Of a DNA stretch of 64,000 nt, positions 44,212-57,061 are shown piece after piece. A program made the translations under genes and the position numbers. The notes beneath the pieces were generated by a model. The model saw only the letters and a list, made by a program, of their open reading frames with translations, ran no database searches and was not told the origin of the DNA. This stretch comes from Candidatus Dormiibacterota bacterium (GTDB lineage Bacteria > Chloroflexota > Dormibacteria > Dormibacterales > Dormibacteraceae): contig DASWDZ010000084.1 in NCBI GenBank assembly GCA_036395015.1, forward strand, positions 6,151 to 70,150, read 5' to 3'. Positions within the stretch are counted from its first letter, which is position 1. Each line of letters opens with the position of its first letter.

Positions 44212-44794
44212 CGCCGGCTCCGTTGGTCGGCGCAGGCTCGGCGCCCTTGTAAGCCGCAGCCAGGCGCTTGCCCACCATCTGCTCCACCTCGCGGCCGCGA
44301 AGCTCGGCCACCTGCGCCGCGGTCTTCAGCTGCTGCAGGGCGGCCAGGGTCGCGCGGACCGTGTTGATCGGGTTGTTGGTGCCGTGGGACTTGGTCAGGA
44401 TGTCCTTGATACCGGCGGTCTCGATCACCGCGCGCATGGCGCCCCCGGAGATCACGCCGGTGCCGGGCGCCGCCGGCTTGAGCATGATCCGCGCCGCGCC
44501 CCACTTGAGGTGAACCTCGTGCGGGATGGTGGTGCCCACCATCGGCACGGTGATCATGTTCCGCTTGGCGACGTCCATGCCCTTGCGGATCGCCTCCGTC
44601 ACCTCGCGCGCTTTGCCGATGCCGGCGCCGACGCGCCCGTTCATGTCGCCGACGACGATCAACGCGCTGAAGGAGAACTTGCGGCCTCCCTTGACGACCT
44701 TGGCGACGCGATTGACGCGGACGACGCGGTCGGCGAGCTCCGAGCGCTCGCCGCGATCGCCCTGCGGGTACCGACCGCCCATGTTTCTGCTCAA
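44204..44794 (-). CDS. rpsE: 30S ribosomal protein S5
   Basis: [27 protein letters not shown]. Start is TTG 44794 or ATG 44782. Confidence 0.96.
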   Translation of the reverse strand: MSRNMGGRYPQGDRGERSELADRVVRVNRVAKVVKGGRKFSFSALIVVGDMNGRVGAGIGKAREVTEAIRKGMDVAKRNMITVPMVGTTIPHEVHLKWGAARIMLKPAAPGTGVISGGAMRAVIETAGIKDILTKSHGTNNPINTVRATLAALQQLKTAAQVAELRGREVEQMVGKRLAAAYKGAEPAPTNGAGGG

Positions 44795-45144
44795 AATTCC
44801 AAACCTGCCTCGCGCGCAGCGTCGGCCAGCGCCTTGATTCTTCCGTGATACAGGAACCCGCCGCGGTCGAACACCACGGTATTCACGCCGGCGGCCTTCG
44901 CCTTCGTAGCGATCGCCTTGCCAACCTCGGCGGCCTGAGCGACGCCCTTGCCCTTGCTCTTCAGCTCGACCGTCGACGCCGCGGCGAGGGTGCGGCTGGC
45001 ACCGTCGTCGATGAGCTGCGCGTAGAGGTGATGCAGGCTGCGGAAAACCGCCAGCCGCGGGCGCTGCTGGGTTCCTGTCACGTGAACCCTGACCCGCCGG
45101 TGCCTCTTCGCGCGGTTCTCCTTGCGGTCGTGGCGCTTGATCAT
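44791..45144 (-). CDS. rplR: 50S ribosomal protein L18
   Basis: [20 protein letters not shown] and [26 protein letters not shown]. Confidence 0.96.
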   Translation of the reverse strand: MIKRHDRKENRAKRHRRVRVHVTGTQQRPRLAVFRSLHHLYAQLIDDGASRTLAAASTVELKSKGKGVAQAAEVGKAIATKAKAAGVNTVVFDRGGFLYHGRIKALADAAREAGLEF

Positions 45145-45695
45145 GCGGTGGCTTTGGCTCCCTTGCCCGCTTTGCCCGGCTTGCGGCGGATCTTCTCTCC
45201 CCGGTACATCACGCCCTTGCCCTTGTAGGGCTCGGGCGGTCGGAGCCCGCGGATGTCCGCCGCGACCTGGCCGACGTCCTCGATCGAGATGCCGTTGACC
45301 GAGAACTTGGTCGGGTCCTGGACCTCGATCGAGATCCCCGTCGGGGGCTTGAACCGGACCGGGTGCGAGTAGCCCAGGTTGAGCACCAGCTCCTCGCCTT
45401 GCTTGGCGACGCGGTAACCGACCCCCACCAGCTCAAGGTTCTTGGTAAATCCCTTCTCGACGCCTTCGACCATGTTGGCGACCAGGCTGCGGGCCAGGCC
45501 GTGGAGGGCGCGGTGGCGGTAGCCGTCAGAAGGGCGCTCGAAGACGAGCTGGCCGTCGACCTGCTTGACGGTGATGTCCGTTGGCAGGCTGCGCTCCAAC
45601 CGGCCCTTCGGACCCTCCACGGCGACGTGCCCAGGGGCCAGCGTGACCTTCACCGAGCTCGGCACCGTGATCGGCAGCTTTCCAATCCGCGACAA
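45141..45695 (-). CDS. rplF: 50S ribosomal protein L6
   Basis: (M)[16 protein letters not shown] and PEPYKGKGV motifs. TTG start. Confidence 0.96.
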   Translation of the reverse strand: MSRIGKLPITVPSSVKVTLAPGHVAVEGPKGRLERSLPTDITVKQVDGQLVFERPSDGYRHRALHGLARSLVANMVEGVEKGFTKNLELVGVGYRVAKQGEELVLNLGYSHPVRFKPPTGISIEVQDPTKFSVNGISIEDVGQVAADIRGLRPPEPYKGKGVMYRGEKIRRKPGKAGKGAKATA

Positions 45696-45713
45696 CTCTT
45701 TGTTCTCTCTCTC

Positions 45714-46181
45714 CTACCAGATGTAAGCGAGGACCTCGCCGCCCAGCCCCTGGCGCAGCGCCTGCCTTCCGCTCATGACGCCCTCAGCCGTGCTGAGGAT
45801 GGCGATCCCGAGACCGCCGAGGACTCTCGGGATCTCGGTCTTGCGGGCGTAGACGCGCAGCCCGGGGCGGCTGATCCTCTTCACGCCCGAGATCACACGC
45901 GTGCGATCGGGGCGGGACTTGAAGATGATACGCATCGTCTGCGTCGGGCCGTCGGCCTCGACGTCGTAACCGGCGATGTAGCCCTCGTCCTTGAGGACGC
46001 GCGCCATCTCGAGCTTCAACCTCGACGCCGGCACCTTCACCTCGGGGTGCCGTGCCGCGTTCGAGTTGCGGATCCGCGTCAGCATGTCGGCGATCGGGTC
46101 GCTCACGATCCCGGCCGGCGCCCGCTTGAGGTTCTTCTGGCCTCCCTTCGTGTTGGTGGATCTCGCGACTGCCGTGGCCAT
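45714..46181 (-). CDS. rpsH: 30S ribosomal protein S8
   Basis: SDPIADMLTRIRNSNAARH. The start is uncertain: ATG 46181 gives a 25 aa basic N-terminal extension, and GTG 46106 gives the canonical ~130 aa length. Confidence 0.93.
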   Translation of the reverse strand: MATAVARSTNTKGGQKNLKRAPAGIVSDPIADMLTRIRNSNAARHPEVKVPASRLKLEMARVLKDEGYIAGYDVEADGPTQTMRIIFKSRPDRTRVISGVKRISRPGLRVYARKTEIPRVLGGLGIAILSTAEGVMSGRQALRQGLGGEVLAYIW

Positions 46182-46375
46182 CACCAGCTCGACTTCGTCA
46201 CACCAGGGATGCGGCCCTCGGCGGCAAGATTCCGGAAGCAGATGCGACACATGGCGAACTTGCGCAGGTAAGCGCGCGACCGCCCGCAGATGCGGCAGCG
46301 ATTGTGAAAACGCACCTTGAACTTTGGGTGCGCAAGGTCCCGCTTCCAGCGCTGGATCGATGATTTCTTCGCCAA
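46181..46375 (-). CDS. rpsZ: 30S ribosomal protein S14 type Z (zinc form)
   Basis: 64 aa with [20 protein letters not shown] (CxxC...CxxC). TTG start. Confidence 0.95.
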   Translation of the reverse strand: MAKKSSIQRWKRDLAHPKFKVRFHNRCRICGRSRAYLRKFAMCRICFRNLAAEGRIPGVTKSSW

Positions 46376-46388
46376 AACGCCTTCCCCC

Positions 46389-47003
46389 TTACCTCTTCCT
46401 GAACGGCATTCCCAGCCGTGTCAGCAGACTCCGTGCCTCGTCGTCCGTCTTCGCGGTCGTGATGATCGATACCTCGAGCCCGCGCAGCTTGTCGATCTTG
46501 TCGTAGTCGATCTCCGGGAACACGACCTGCTCCCGCAAGCCCAGCGAGTAGTTGCCGCGCCCGTCGAAGCCGTCCGGGCTGACCCCGCGAAAGTCGCGGA
46601 TGCGCGGCAGCGCGATGTTGAGCAACTTGTCGAGGAAGTACCACATTCGGCGGCCGCGGAGGGTGGTCTTGATGCCGACCGTCTGGCCGGCGCGCAGCTT
46701 GAACGCGGCGACCGACTTCTTCGCCTTGATCAGCTGCGGCTTCTGGCCTGTGATCGTCTGCACGTCGCCGACGGCGGCGTCCAGCGCCTTGTCGTTGTCC
46801 TTCGCCTCGCCGATGCCGATGTTGACCACGACCTTGTCCAGCCGCGGCACCTCCATCACGTTGCCGTAGTCGAACTCCTTGGTCAGCTGCTGCGTGACCG
46901 TGTCCCGGTACGCCTTGAGCAGGCGCGGCGGCTGGTCCGACTTGGTGCCGGGAGCCCTGGGCGCGGCCTCCTTCTTGGGCGCCTGCTGCTTTGCTTTTGC
47001 CAC
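46389..47003 (-). CDS. rplE: 50S ribosomal protein L5 (Lys/Pro-rich N-terminal extension of about 25 aa)
   Basis: [42 protein letters not shown] start. Confidence 0.96.
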   Translation of the reverse strand: MAKAKQQAPKKEAAPRAPGTKSDQPPRLLKAYRDTVTQQLTKEFDYGNVMEVPRLDKVVVNIGIGEAKDNDKALDAAVGDVQTITGQKPQLIKAKKSVAAFKLRAGQTVGIKTTLRGRRMWYFLDKLLNIALPRIRDFRGVSPDGFDGRGNYSLGLREQVVFPEIDYDKIDKLRGLEVSIITTAKTDDEARSLLTRLGMPFRKR

Positions 47004-47005
47004 TT

Positions 47006-47392
47006 CTACTGTGCCTCCGCCTTGCGAACGCGCTCATAAGGCTCGCCGCAGTGGCGGCAGACCAGGACGCGCGCCCCGGATTCGAGCACGGTGTGCTTCG
47101 TCCGCGTCGGCCGGCCGCACGACGGGCAGACGAGCATCACGTTGGAGTAGTCGAGCGGCGCCTCGAAGTCGACGATGCCACCCTGGGCGACCTGCACGCC
47201 TCCGGTGCGCTGGCCGGCCTTGGTGTGCCGCTTCAAGAGGTTGACGCCCTTGACCACGATCTTGTGCTGGTCGGGGATCGTGCGCAGCACCTCGCCCTGC
47301 TTGCCCTTGTCCTTGCCGGCGATGACGATCACAGGATCGCCTGGAGCAAGTTCGAGCCAGCGGCGCTTGGGTTCCGGTTTGTTGCGAAGCAC
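47006..47392 (-). CDS. rplX: 50S ribosomal protein L24 (with C-terminal CxxC...CxxC)
   Basis: KOW motif [18 protein letters not shown]. The C-terminus reads [29 protein letters not shown]. Confidence 0.95.
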   Translation of the reverse strand: MLRNKPEPKRRWLELAPGDPVIVIAGKDKGKQGEVLRTIPDQHKIVVKGVNLLKRHTKAGQRTGGVQVAQGGIVDFEAPLDYSNVMLVCPSCGRPTRTKHTVLESGARVLVCRHCGEPYERVRKAEAQ

Positions 47393-47396
47393 TGTG

Positions 47397-47765
47397 TCAG
47401 AGCACCTCCGGGGCGAGCGAGATGATCTTCATGAAGTTGCGCTCGCGCAGCTCACGCGCGACCGGACCGAAGATACGGGTGCCACGCGGATTGTTGGCCT
47501 GGGCGAGGAGGACGGCCGCGTTCTCGTCGAACCTGATCAACGAGCCGTCGGGCCGCTTGTACTCCTTGTTGACACGAACCACGACGGCCTTCACGACCTC
47601 GCCCTTCTTGACCTGCCCACCGGGCTGGGCGGACTTGACCGTGGCCGTGATGATGTCGCCGACGTAGGCGTACTTGCGGTAGTGGCCGCCGGCCACGCGG
47701 ATGACCAGGAGCTCCTTCGCCCCCGAGTTGTCCGCGACCTTGAGCCTTGTCTCTTGCTGAACCAC
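47397..47765 (-). CDS. rplN: 50S ribosomal protein L14
   Basis: The GTG at 47765 gives (M)[23 protein letters not shown], 122 aa. The longer tracked ORF overlaps rpsQ. Confidence 0.96.
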   Translation of the reverse strand: MVQQETRLKVADNSGAKELLVIRVAGGHYRKYAYVGDIITATVKSAQPGGQVKKGEVVKAVVVRVNKEYKRPDGSLIRFDENAAVLLAQANNPRGTRIFGPVARELRERNFMKIISLAPEVL

Positions 47766-47769
47766 TTCC

Positions 47770-48054
47770 CTACTTGGCCTTCTCCACGATCTCGAGCACG
47801 CGCCAACGCTTCTCCTTGGAGAGCGGGCGCGTCTCGGTGATGCGGACGAGGTCGCCCACGCCGCACTCGTTCTTCTCGTCATGGACCTTGAACCGCGTCC
47901 GCTGCTGCACCGTCTTCCGATACAGGCGGTGGGCCTTGGACGAGCCGACCTGGACGATGACCGTCTTGTTCATGTTGTCGGCGATAACGGTGCCCAGGCG
48001 GACCTTGCGCCGGCCCCGAGATGGAGCATGAACGGCGGTGTTCGTATCGCTCAT
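47770..48054 (-). CDS. rpsQ: 30S ribosomal protein S17
   Basis: [29 protein letters not shown] and [13 protein letters not shown] motifs. Confidence 0.96.
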   Translation of the reverse strand: MSDTNTAVHAPSRGRRKVRLGTVIADNMNKTVIVQVGSSKAHRLYRKTVQQRTRFKVHDEKNECGVGDLVRITETRPLSKEKRWRVLEIVEKAK

Positions 48055-48362
48055 TCAGTCTCCTCCTTCTTCGAGCGCCTGCCGCGCTTGGGCTTGGGTG
48101 CTTCCTCTACCTCGGCTTCGGGCTCAATCTCGGCGACAGCCACCGCCTGTGGCTCCGCCTCGCTCGGCCCGATCCCGAAGTCCCTCTCCCGGAGCACGGT
48201 CATGATCCGCGCGATGTCGTGGCGGACCTTCGAGATCTGGCTCGAGTTCTCCAGCTGGCCGACCGCGTGCTTGAAGCGGAGCTCGTACAGCTCGCGGCGC
48301 GCTGTGCGCAGGCGCATGCCGAGCTCGTCGGCCTCGAGCACGCGCAGCTCGTCGACCTTCAT
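48051..48362 (-). CDS. rpmC: 50S ribosomal protein L29 (acidic/basic C-terminal extension of about 35 aa)
   Basis: [39 protein letters not shown]. Confidence 0.93.
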   Translation of the reverse strand: MKVDELRVLEADELGMRLRTARRELYELRFKHAVGQLENSSQISKVRHDIARIMTVLRERDFGIGPSEAEPQAVAVAEIEPEAEVEEAPKPKRGRRSKKEETE

Positions 48363-48784
48363 CTCGGACCCCCACTGTCGGCTGCCGAAACGAACCGCGT
48401 CTTCATCGGCAGCTTGGCCGCGGCCAGCTTCATGGCCTCCCTCGCGACTTGCGGCGTCACCCCGCCCATCTCGAACAGCACACGACCGGGCTTGATCACG
48501 GCGACCCAGCCCTCTGGGTTTCCCTTGCCGGAGCCCATCCGGGTCTCGGCAGGCTTCTTGGTGATCGACTTGTCGGGGAAGACGCGGATCCAGATCTGAC
48601 CACCACGCTTGACGTGGCGGGTCATGGCGCGACGGGCGGCCTCGATCTGACGGTTGGACATCCAGGCTGCTTCCATCGCCTGCAGCCCGAAATCGCCGAA
48701 CGCCACCGTGGCGCCGCGAGTGGCTATGCCCTGGCGGCGGCCGCGGTGCATCTTGCGGTACTTGACCCGCTTGGGAATCAGCAT
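48359..48784 (-). CDS. rplP: 50S ribosomal protein L16
   Basis: [19 protein letters not shown] and [23 protein letters not shown]. Confidence 0.97.
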   Translation of the reverse strand: MLIPKRVKYRKMHRGRRQGIATRGATVAFGDFGLQAMEAAWMSNRQIEAARRAMTRHVKRGGQIWIRVFPDKSITKKPAETRMGSGKGNPEGWVAVIKPGRVLFEMGGVTPQVAREAMKLAAAKLPMKTRFVSAADSGGPR

Positions 48785-49752
48785 CAGCTGTCCGCCTTCT
48801 TGGTACTGCGCGTCGTATTACCGGACTTCTTGGCGGCCGGCGGCGTCGACTTCGTGCGCACGGCAGTCTTTTTGGCCTCAGTCGTGGCCTCAGCCCTGGG
48901 CTTCGGTGCAGCTTTCGGCCTCGCCGGTGCAGCTTTCTTCTCTTCGACCTTGGCGGTCGCCGTCCGCGTGCGCCGTGGCGTCGCGGCCGGCACTGCTTCG
49001 GGCGCGGCGACTTCGACCTGCGCGGCCTGCGGCTCAGCGATCGCCTCGATGAGCTCAGCCTGCGGGGTCACAACCTCGGCGATGGGCACGGTCTCCTCAG
49101 CGATCGGAACCCGGCGTTGCGCCGGCGAGATCTGGTCCTTGTAGATCCAGACCTTGCAGCCGATGGCGCCGAAGGTGGTCTTCGCGGTGGCGCGGCCGAA
49201 GTCGATGTCGGCCCGCAGCGTGTGCAGAGGCACGCGGCCCTCGCGGTCCCACTCACGCCGCGCCATCTCAGCGCCGCGAAGCCGGCCGCCGCAGTAGATG
49301 CGGACACCCTTGGCGCCGGAGCGCATCGTGCGCAGGATGGCCTGCTTCATCGCGCGCTTGTAGCTGATGCGACGCTCGATCTGGGAGGCGATGTTCTCGG
49401 CCACGAGCTGAGCGTCTAGCTCGGGCTGCTTGATCTCCTGGATCGAGATCCGGACCCGGTTTCCGAACCGCTTCTCGAGGTCTTCCCGCAGCTGGTCGAC
49501 TGAAGAGCCGCCCTTGCCGATGACGATGCCGGGCTTGGCCGTGTGGATCGTGACCGTCAGTTGCGCGTTGGATGAGCGCTCCGTCTCGATCTTCGCGATG
49601 CCGGCGTTGCGCAGCCGCGACAGGATGACGCGGCGCATCTCCAGGTCCTCGTGGAGCATCTTCGTGTAGTCCTTGGGGTTGGCGAACCAGTTCGCCTCCC
49701 ATGGCCGGAAGACGCCCAGACGGAATGCGTTCGGATGAACCTTATGTCCCAA
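48784..49752 (-). CDS. rpsC: 30S ribosomal protein S3 (low-complexity C-terminal extension of about 100 aa)
   Basis: [14 protein letters not shown] plus KH and S3-C domains up to about residue 215, followed by an Ala/Pro/Lys/Thr-rich tail. Confidence 0.96.
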   Translation of the reverse strand: MGHKVHPNAFRLGVFRPWEANWFANPKDYTKMLHEDLEMRRVILSRLRNAGIAKIETERSSNAQLTVTIHTAKPGIVIGKGGSSVDQLREDLEKRFGNRVRISIQEIKQPELDAQLVAENIASQIERRISYKRAMKQAILRTMRSGAKGVRIYCGGRLRGAEMARREWDREGRVPLHTLRADIDFGRATAKTTFGAIGCKVWIYKDQISPAQRRVPIAEETVPIAEVVTPQAELIEAIAEPQAAQVEVAAPEAVPAATPRRTRTATAKVEEKKAAPARPKAAPKPRAEATTEAKKTAVRTKSTPPAAKKSGNTTRSTKKADS

Positions 49753-50112
49753 TTAGCGACGTGCTCCTTCAGGCTGGTCTTCGACGACCGCCGTGATGTG
49801 GCATGTGCGGTGAAAGTACTCGTGCGCCATGCTGCGGCTGACCGGACGCCGGCGCCGGAACGTCGGCCCCTCGTCGATCAGCAGCTGCTTGAGCACGAGG
49901 TCGTCGCGGTTCAGGTTGAAGTTGTGCTCGGCGTTCGCTGCGGCGGACTTGATCGCCTTGGCGACGTCCCGCGCCGCGTGCTTGGGCGAGAACTCCAGGT
50001 ACGCCAGGGCGTCCGATACCTTCATCCCCTGAACGGAGTCGGCCACCAGCCGCGCCTTGCGAGGCGTCCGGCGAACAAACTTCTGAACCGCTGAAACTTC
50101 CATCGTCGCCAC
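49753..50112 (-). CDS. rplV: 50S ribosomal protein L22
   Basis: RRTPRKARLVADSVQGMKVSDALAYLEF, in conserved S19-L22-S3 order. Confidence 0.95.
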   Translation of the reverse strand: MATMEVSAVQKFVRRTPRKARLVADSVQGMKVSDALAYLEFSPKHAARDVAKAIKSAAANAEHNFNLNRDDLVLKQLLIDEGPTFRRRRPVSRSMAHEYFHRTCHITAVVEDQPEGARR

Positions 50113-50122
50113 TACTTCTCTT

Positions 50123-50407
50123 CTACTTGACCGTCGTCGTCTTTTCGACGTGAGTACCGTGGCCGCGGAAGTGGCGCGTGGGCGCGAACTCCCCCAGCCG
50201 GTGACCGACCATGTTCTCGCTGATGAAGACGGGCACGTGCTTGCGGCCGTCGTGGACCGCGATCGTGTGCCCGACCATGTCGGGGTAGATGACGGACGCG
50301 CGCGCCCAGGTGCGGATCACCTTCTTGTCCCGCGTCTGGTTCATCCTCTCGACCTTGTCGCGGAGCGACGGGCTGATGAACGGCCCTTTCTTGGTTGACC
50401 TGCTCAC
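50123..50407 (-). CDS. rpsS: 30S ribosomal protein S19
   Basis: [15 protein letters not shown] and [33 protein letters not shown]. Confidence 0.97.
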   Translation of the reverse strand: MSRSTKKGPFISPSLRDKVERMNQTRDKKVIRTWARASVIYPDMVGHTIAVHDGRKHVPVFISENMVGHRLGEFAPTRHFRGHGTHVEKTTTVK

Positions 50408-51249
<842 letters not shown>

Positions 51250-51250
<1 letters not shown>

Positions 51251-51570
51251 CAGACTGAACCAAACAGTCCTTCAATCTTCTGGCCCTCGCCAAGGGTCAC
51301 GATCGCCTTCTTCCAATCGGGTGTGCGGCCGATGTTGCGCGCTCCGGTCCGGCGCCAGGCGCGCCGCTCTTTCCCTCGCATCGTCACCGTGTTGATGCCC
51401 TTGACCTCGATGTTCTGGGACTCGTACTGCTCCTCGAGCGCCTTTTTGATCTCAGTCTTGGACGCCGTCGCCAGCACCTTGAACGTGTACCGGCCCTGCG
51501 TGTAGAGCTGGTACGTGCGCTCGGTGATGACCGGGCCGATCACGATCTCAGACGCTGCCCTGGTCGCCAT
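51250..51570 (-). CDS. rplW: 50S ribosomal protein L23
   Basis: [19 protein letters not shown] and KKAIVTL motifs, in conserved L4-L23-L2 order. Confidence 0.95.
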
Positions 51571-52283
51571 CAGACGGTCTCCCTCTGCCGGGCGCTGAAG
51601 TTTTCCTCCAGCAGCTCGATCGAGTCCTTGGATAGAAGCAGGTAGGTATGCGAGAAGAGGTCGCGCAGGTTGAGGTTGCGGGCCAGCACGATCTTCGCGC
51701 CGGCCAGGTTCTCGAACGAGCGGCTGACGGTGTAGTTCGGGGCCGGCAGCACCACGAGCGCTGTGCTGTCGAAGCCGATCGCCTCCATCAGCTCCGCGGC
51801 CTGGCTGGTCTTGGGCTCGTCGAAGACGAAGCTCTCGATGACGCGCACCTGGCCGTCGATCGCCTTCTGACTGAGGGCGGAGCGCAGCGCCAGCCGCCGC
51901 ATCTGGCGCGGCATTCGCCTCGAGTAGTCGCGGGGCTTGGGGCCGAACACGACCCCTCCGCCCTTCATGCTCGGCTCCCGCGTCGACCCGTGCCGCGCCC
52001 GACCGGTGCCCTTCTGGCGGTACGGCTTGGCACCGCCGCCGCGCACCATCGCCCGCGTCTTGGTGGAAGCGGTGCCCTGGCGTGCGTTCGCGAGCTGGCG
52101 GACGTAGGCCTGGTGCATGACGGGGACGTTCGGCTCCTCGGCAAAGATCGCCTTCGGAAGCTCGACCTCGCCGTTGCGCTCGCCGAGCGCGTCGAAGTAA
52201 GGCACCTGGAGCGGGTTGGGCTCCGTCGCCTCTTTGGTCCTTTTGGCGCGCGGCTTGCGGGCTGCGGTCTTGGTCGCCGGCAT
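51570..52283 (-). CDS. rplD: 50S ribosomal protein L4
   Basis: [33 protein letters not shown]. Confidence 0.96.
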   Translation of the reverse strand: MPATKTAARKPRAKRTKEATEPNPLQVPYFDALGERNGEVELPKAIFAEEPNVPVMHQAYVRQLANARQGTASTKTRAMVRGGGAKPYRQKGTGRARHGSTREPSMKGGGVVFGPKPRDYSRRMPRQMRRLALRSALSQKAIDGQVRVIESFVFDEPKTSQAAELMEAIGFDSTALVVLPAPNYTVSRSFENLAGAKIVLARNLNLRDLFSHTYLLLSKDSIELLEENFSARQRETV

Positions 52284-52945
52284 CAGACCTTCCTCGGGTT
52301 CGGCTTGCCGGCCGGGCCCTTGGGCTTGACCTTCTTGGTCGACTGGCGGACCAGGACCAGGGCGCCCTTGGCGCCGGGGACGCCGCCCCTGACCATGAGC
52401 AGGTTCCGCTCGGCGTCGACCCGAACCACCTTGTAGGCGCGCGAGGTCGTGCGCTCGTTGCCCATCTGGCCGGACATGCGTACGCCCTTGAAGACGCGCG
52501 CCGCGTCGGTGGCGCCGATGGCGCCGGGCTGGCGAACGTTCATCGAGCCGTGGCTCTCCGGGCCGCGGCTGAACTTGTGGCGCTTGATCACGCCCTGGAA
52601 GCCCTTGCCCTTGCTGGTGGCGGTCACGTCCACCAGCTCGCCGGCGGCGAAGATCTCGGCCTTGAGCTCCTGCCCGGCCTCCAGGCCGTCGTAGTTGCGG
52701 ATCTCGACCACGTGCGTGTGCGGGTCGACGTTTGCCTTCTTGAACTCGCCGAGACGTGGGGCGCTCAGCTTCCCCTCCTTGGCGGGCGCGAAGGCGATGC
52801 GGGCGGCGCTGTAGCCATCCTTCTCGGTGGTCCGCAGATCCAGCACCTTGCAGGGCCCGGCCTCGAGCACCGTCACGGCGGAGATCGTCCCGTCGGGGTT
52901 GAACAGCTGGGTCATGCCCAGCTTGCGCGCGAGCAGACCCTTCAT
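52283..52945 (-). CDS. rplC: 50S ribosomal protein L3
   Basis: [15 protein letters not shown] and [16 protein letters not shown]. Confidence 0.97.
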   Translation of the reverse strand: MKGLLARKLGMTQLFNPDGTISAVTVLEAGPCKVLDLRTTEKDGYSAARIAFAPAKEGKLSAPRLGEFKKANVDPHTHVVEIRNYDGLEAGQELKAEIFAAGELVDVTATSKGKGFQGVIKRHKFSRGPESHGSMNVRQPGAIGATDAARVFKGVRMSGQMGNERTTSRAYKVVRVDAERNLLMVRGGVPGAKGALVLVRQSTKKVKPKGPAGKPNPRKV

Positions 52946-53250
52946 CAGCTTTTGATCTCGATGCTCACGCCGGCTGGCAAGGAGAGACGCATCAGGGCGT
53001 CGACCACGCGCGGGTTGGGGTCGAGGATGTCGACGATGCGCTTGTGGGTGCGCATCTCGAACTGCTCACGGGAATCCTTGTCGATGAACGGAGAGCGGAT
53101 CACGGTCAGCTTGGAGATCTCGGTCGGAAGCGGGATCGGGCCGGCAGTGCGCGCGTTCGTGCGGCGGGCGGTGTCGACGATCTTGTCCGCCGCCTGGTCC
53201 AGGACCCGATGGTCGTAGGCCTTGAGCCGGATCCGAATCTTCTGCGCCAC
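52945..53250 (-). CDS. rpsJ: 30S ribosomal protein S10
   Basis: [19 protein letters not shown] and GPIPLPT motifs. Confidence 0.97.
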   Translation of the reverse strand: MAQKIRIRLKAYDHRVLDQAADKIVDTARRTNARTAGPIPLPTEISKLTVIRSPFIDKDSREQFEMRTHKRIVDILDPNPRVVDALMRLSLPAGVSIEIKS

Positions 53251-53279
53251 TGCTTAGCCCTCTTGCCTCTTCCCTACCG

Positions 53280-54467
53280 TTACTTGACGACCTCGGTCAC
53301 CACGCCCGCGCCGACGGTCTTGCCGCCTTCCCGGATGGCGAACCGGAGCCCCTGCTCAATACCGATCGGCTCGCCCAGCGTGATCTCCATGACCACGTTG
53401 TCGCCCGGCATCGTCATCTCGACGCCCTCGGGCAGCTTGACCTCGCCCGTCACGTCGGTGGTCCGCATGTAGAACTGCGGGCGGTAGCCGCTGAGGAACG
53501 GCGTGTGCCGTCCACCCTCTTCCTTGGTCAGGACGTAGACCTGGGCCTTGAAGTGGGTGTGAGGAGTGATGGTACCGGGCTTGGCCAACACCTGGCCACG
53601 CACCACGTCTTCGCGCTTGATCCCGCGAAGCAGGGTGCCGACGTTGTCGCCGGCCTGGCACTCGTCCATGTCCTTGTGGAACATCTCGATGCCGGTGACG
53701 ACCGTCTTCGAGCTCTGTGGCTTGATGCCGACGATCTCGATCTCCTCGTTCCTCTTGAGCTTGCCGCGCTCCACGCGACCGGTGGTCACGGTGCCCCGAC
53801 CTTCGATCGTGAACACGTCCTCGATCGGCATCAGGAACGGCTTGTCGACCGGCCGCTCCGGCTCCGGGATGTAGGTGTCGACCGCGTTCATCAGCTCGAG
53901 GATCTTGGGGGACCACTCGGGGTCACCCTCGAGCGCCTTGAGGGCCGAGACGCGGACGATCGGGATGTCGTCGCCGGGGAACTCGTAGCGGTTCAGAAGC
54001 TCTCGGAGGTCGAGCTCGACCAGCTCGATGAACTCCTTGTCGTCGACCATATCGCACTTGTTCAGCGCGACCACGAGGAAGGGCACGTTGACCTGGCGGG
54101 CCAGGATGATGTGCTCGCGGGTCTGCGGCATCGCGCCGTCGTTCGCGGCCACGACGAGGATCGCGCCGTCCATCTGGGCGGCGCCGGTGATCATGTTCTT
54201 GATGTAGTCCTGGTGACCGGGGCAGTCGACGTGCGCGTAGTGGCGCTTCTCGGTCTCGTACTCGACGTGCGTGATCGAGATCGTGATTCCACGGGCCTTC
54301 TCTTCCGGAGCCTTGTCGATCCGGTCGAATGGTGTGAACTCCGCAAGTCCCTTCTCCGCCAGCACCTTCGTGATGGCTGCCGTCAACGTCGTCTTGCCAT
54401 GGTCGATGTGGCCGATGGTGCCGACGTTGAGGTGGGGCTTGGTCCGCTCGAACTTCTTCTTCGCCAC
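53280..54467 (-). CDS. tuf: Elongation factor Tu
   Basis: [37 protein letters not shown]. Confidence 0.98.
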   Translation of the reverse strand: MAKKKFERTKPHLNVGTIGHIDHGKTTLTAAITKVLAEKGLAEFTPFDRIDKAPEEKARGITISITHVEYETEKRHYAHVDCPGHQDYIKNMITGAAQMDGAILVVAANDGAMPQTREHIILARQVNVPFLVVALNKCDMVDDKEFIELVELDLRELLNRYEFPGDDIPIVRVSALKALEGDPEWSPKILELMNAVDTYIPEPERPVDKPFLMPIEDVFTIEGRGTVTTGRVERGKLKRNEEIEIVGIKPQSSKTVVTGIEMFHKDMDECQAGDNVGTLLRGIKREDVVRGQVLAKPGTITPHTHFKAQVYVLTKEEGGRHTPFLSGYRPQFYMRTTDVTGEVKLPEGVEMTMPGDNVVMEITLGEPIGIEQGLRFAIREGGKTVGAGVVTEVVK

Positions 54468-54476
54468 TGTCTCCTC

Positions 54477-56585
54477 CTAACTTCTCCCTGTTGTGCGGCG
54501 GCCCACAGCCTCCGCCAGATTGCTTGGCATCTCTGCGTAGTGACCGAACTCCATCGAGTAGGTCGCGCGTCCCGAGGTCATCGAGCGCAGCTCGGTGGCG
54601 TAGCCGAACATCTCGGCCAGGGGCACGTGCGCCTTCACGTTCTGCGACGTGCCGCGGCCCTCCATACCGAGGATATGACCGCGGCGGGACGCGAGGTCCC
54701 CCATCACGTCGCCGAGGTACTCCTCCGGCATCACGACGTCGACCCTCATGATCGGCTCCAGCATGTACGGCTGAGCCTTATGCATGCCGTCCTTGACGGC
54801 CATCGAGCCCGCGACCTGGAAGGCCATCTCGCTGGAGTCGACCGGGTGGTATGAGCCGTCGACCAGGGTGACCACGATGTCCACCACCGGGTAGCCGGCC
54901 GCGACGCCCGTCTGCAGCGCCTCGCGGATCCCCTTCTCGATGGCGGGGATGTACTCGCGAGGGATGCGTCCCTGCGTGATCTTGTCCTCGAACACGAAGC
55001 CCGTGCCGCGCTCGCCCGGCTTGACGATGACCTCGGCGTGGCCGTACTGGCCCTTGCCGCCGGTCTGGCGGACGAAGCGGCCGATGCCCTTGGCCTCGCG
55101 CTTGATCGCCTCCTTGTAGGCGACCTGCGGCTTGCCCTGGTTGGCGTCGACGCGGAACTCGCGCAGAAGGCGGTCGATGATGATCTCGAGGTGGAGCTCG
55201 CCCATGCCCTCGATGATCGTCTGGCCCGTCTCGTCGTCGGTGTGCACCTTGAAGGTCGGGTCCTCCTCCGAGAGCCGCTGCAGGGCCATACCGAGTTTCT
55301 CCTGGTCGACTTTGGTCTTGGGCTCGATGGCGACCGAGATCACGGGCTCAGGGAAGGTGATCGACTCGAGGACGATCGGGTGCGCCTCGTCGGCCAGCGT
55401 GTCGCCCGTCGTCGTCGACTTGAGTCCGACCGCGGCGGCGATGTCACCCGTGAAGACCTCGTCGACGTCCTCGCGCCGGATGGCGTGCATGCGCAGGATG
55501 CGGCCGATGCGCTCCCGCTTGCCGGTCGACGCGTTCATGACCGACGAACCCGCCTTCATGCGGCCTGAGTAGACCCGGAAGAATGTCAGCTTGCCGACGC
55601 CCTGCGGGTCCATCTGGATCTTGAAGGCGAGCGCCGAGAACGGCTCGCTGTCGTCGTGCTCACGCACCTGGAGGGCCCCGGTCTTCGGGTCCGTGCCTTC
55701 CACCGCCGGTACGTCCGCGGGGGACGGAAGGTACTCGACGACCGCGTCGAGGATCGGCTGCACGCCTCGGTTGCGCAGCGCCGCGCCGCAGAGGACGGGG
55801 ACGAGGACGCCGGCGACCGTGCCGCGGCGCAAGCCACCCTTGATCTCGTCCTCGGTGATGTCCTGCTCCTCGAGGTACTTGTGCATGACGTTGTCGTCGA
55901 AGTCGGCGACCGCCTCGATGAGGTCGTGGCGGTACTTGCTGACCAGGTCCTGCATGCCGGCCGGGATCTCCAGCGACTCGGTCGACTTGGTGCCGAGGTC
56001 GTCGGTGTAGACGACGGCCTCCTTGCTGAGCAGGTCGACGTAGCCCTGGAAGGAGCCCTCGGAGCCGATGGGCAGCTGGATGGGCACGGCCCGGGCGCCC
56101 AGCCGCGTCCGGATCGAGTTCAGCGACCCGTAGAAGTCGGCGCCGATGCGGTCCATCTTGTTGATGAAGGCGATCCGGGGCACGCCGTAGCGGTCGGCCT
56201 GTCGCCATACCGTCTCCGACTGTGGCTCTACGCCGGCCACGGCGTCGAAGACCGCGACCGCGCCGTCGAGCACCCGGAGGCTCCGCTCCACCTCGACCGT
56301 GAAGTCCACGTGCCCGGGTGTGTCTATGATGTTGACCGCGTGGTCGCGCCAGTTGGCCGTCGTGGCGGCCGACGTGATCGTGATCCCGCGCTCCTTCTCC
56401 TGGACCATCCAGTCCATGGTCGCGGCCCCTTCGTGGACCTCGCCCATCTTGTGGATGCGGCCCGCGTAGAAGAGGATGCGCTCGGTCGTGGTCGTCTTAC
56501 CAGCGTCGATGTGCGCCATGATCCCGATGTTTCGGACTTTCTCGATCGCGGTTGGACGCTCCTGCATCTTGAGTGCCACGTTCAT
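54477..56585 (-). CDS. fusA: Elongation factor G
   Basis: [36 protein letters not shown]. Confidence 0.98.
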   Translation of the reverse strand: MNVALKMQERPTAIEKVRNIGIMAHIDAGKTTTTERILFYAGRIHKMGEVHEGAATMDWMVQEKERGITITSAATTANWRDHAVNIIDTPGHVDFTVEVERSLRVLDGAVAVFDAVAGVEPQSETVWRQADRYGVPRIAFINKMDRIGADFYGSLNSIRTRLGARAVPIQLPIGSEGSFQGYVDLLSKEAVVYTDDLGTKSTESLEIPAGMQDLVSKYRHDLIEAVADFDDNVMHKYLEEQDITEDEIKGGLRRGTVAGVLVPVLCGAALRNRGVQPILDAVVEYLPSPADVPAVEGTDPKTGALQVREHDDSEPFSALAFKIQMDPQGVGKLTFFRVYSGRMKAGSSVMNASTGKRERIGRILRMHAIRREDVDEVFTGDIAAAVGLKSTTTGDTLADEAHPIVLESITFPEPVISVAIEPKTKVDQEKLGMALQRLSEEDPTFKVHTDDETGQTIIEGMGELHLEIIIDRLLREFRVDANQGKPQVAYKEAIKREAKGIGRFVRQTGGKGQYGHAEVIVKPGERGTGFVFEDKITQGRIPREYIPAIEKGIREALQTGVAAGYPVVDIVVTLVDGSYHPVDSSEMAFQVAGSMAVKDGMHKAQPYMLEPIMRVDVVMPEEYLGDVMGDLASRRGHILGMEGRGTSQNVKAHVPLAEMFGYATELRSMTSGRATYSMEFGHYAEMPSNLAEAVGRRTTGRS

Positions 56586-56590
56586 CTCTC

Positions 56591-57061
56591 TTAGTACCGG
56601 AAGTGTGAGAAAGCCTTGTTGCTTTCGGCCATCCGGTGGGTCTCCTCTTTGCGCTTCACCGCACCGCCGGTGTTCTGGGAAGCGTCAAGAATCTCGAAGG
56701 CGAGTTTCTCCGACATGCTCTTCCCGCCACGCTGGCGCGCGAAACGCACGATCCAGCGCCGTGCGAGCGCGAGCCGGCGCTCGGGCCGGATCTCGACCGG
56801 CACCTGGTAGGTGGCGCCGCCCACGCGGCGGGGCTTGACCTCGAGCAGGGGCGTGGCGTTGCGCAGGGCCAGGTCGAAGACCTCCAGAGGCTCCTTCTTG
56901 GCCTGCTTGCCGGCGCGCGAGAGCGCGTCGTAGACGACCTTCTCGGCGGTCGAGCGCTTGCCCCGGTTCATGACCACGTTCACGAACTTGGCGATCGCCT
57001 CCGACTGGTAGACCGGGTCGGGCGCGACGACACGCTTGACGGGACGGCTGCGGCGAGGCAT
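56591..57061 (-). CDS. rpsG: 30S ribosomal protein S7
   Basis: The internal ATG at 57061 gives [20 protein letters not shown], 156 aa, with a 1-nt overlap on the rpsL stop. The longer tracked ORF runs into rpsL. Confidence 0.96.
   Translation of the reverse strand: MPRRSRPVKRVVAPDPVYQSEAIAKFVNVVMNRGKRSTAEKVVYDALSRAGKQAKKEPLEVFDLALRNATPLLEVKPRRVGGATYQVPVEIRPERRLALARRWIVRFARQRGGKSMSEKLAFEILDASQNTGGAVKRKEETHRMAESNKAFSHFRY

Noticed and set aside
53251-53279. S10 operon leader / attenuator between tuf and rpsJ
   Set aside because: Only 29 nt are available and no stable hairpin is evident, which is too short for an L4-type attenuator.
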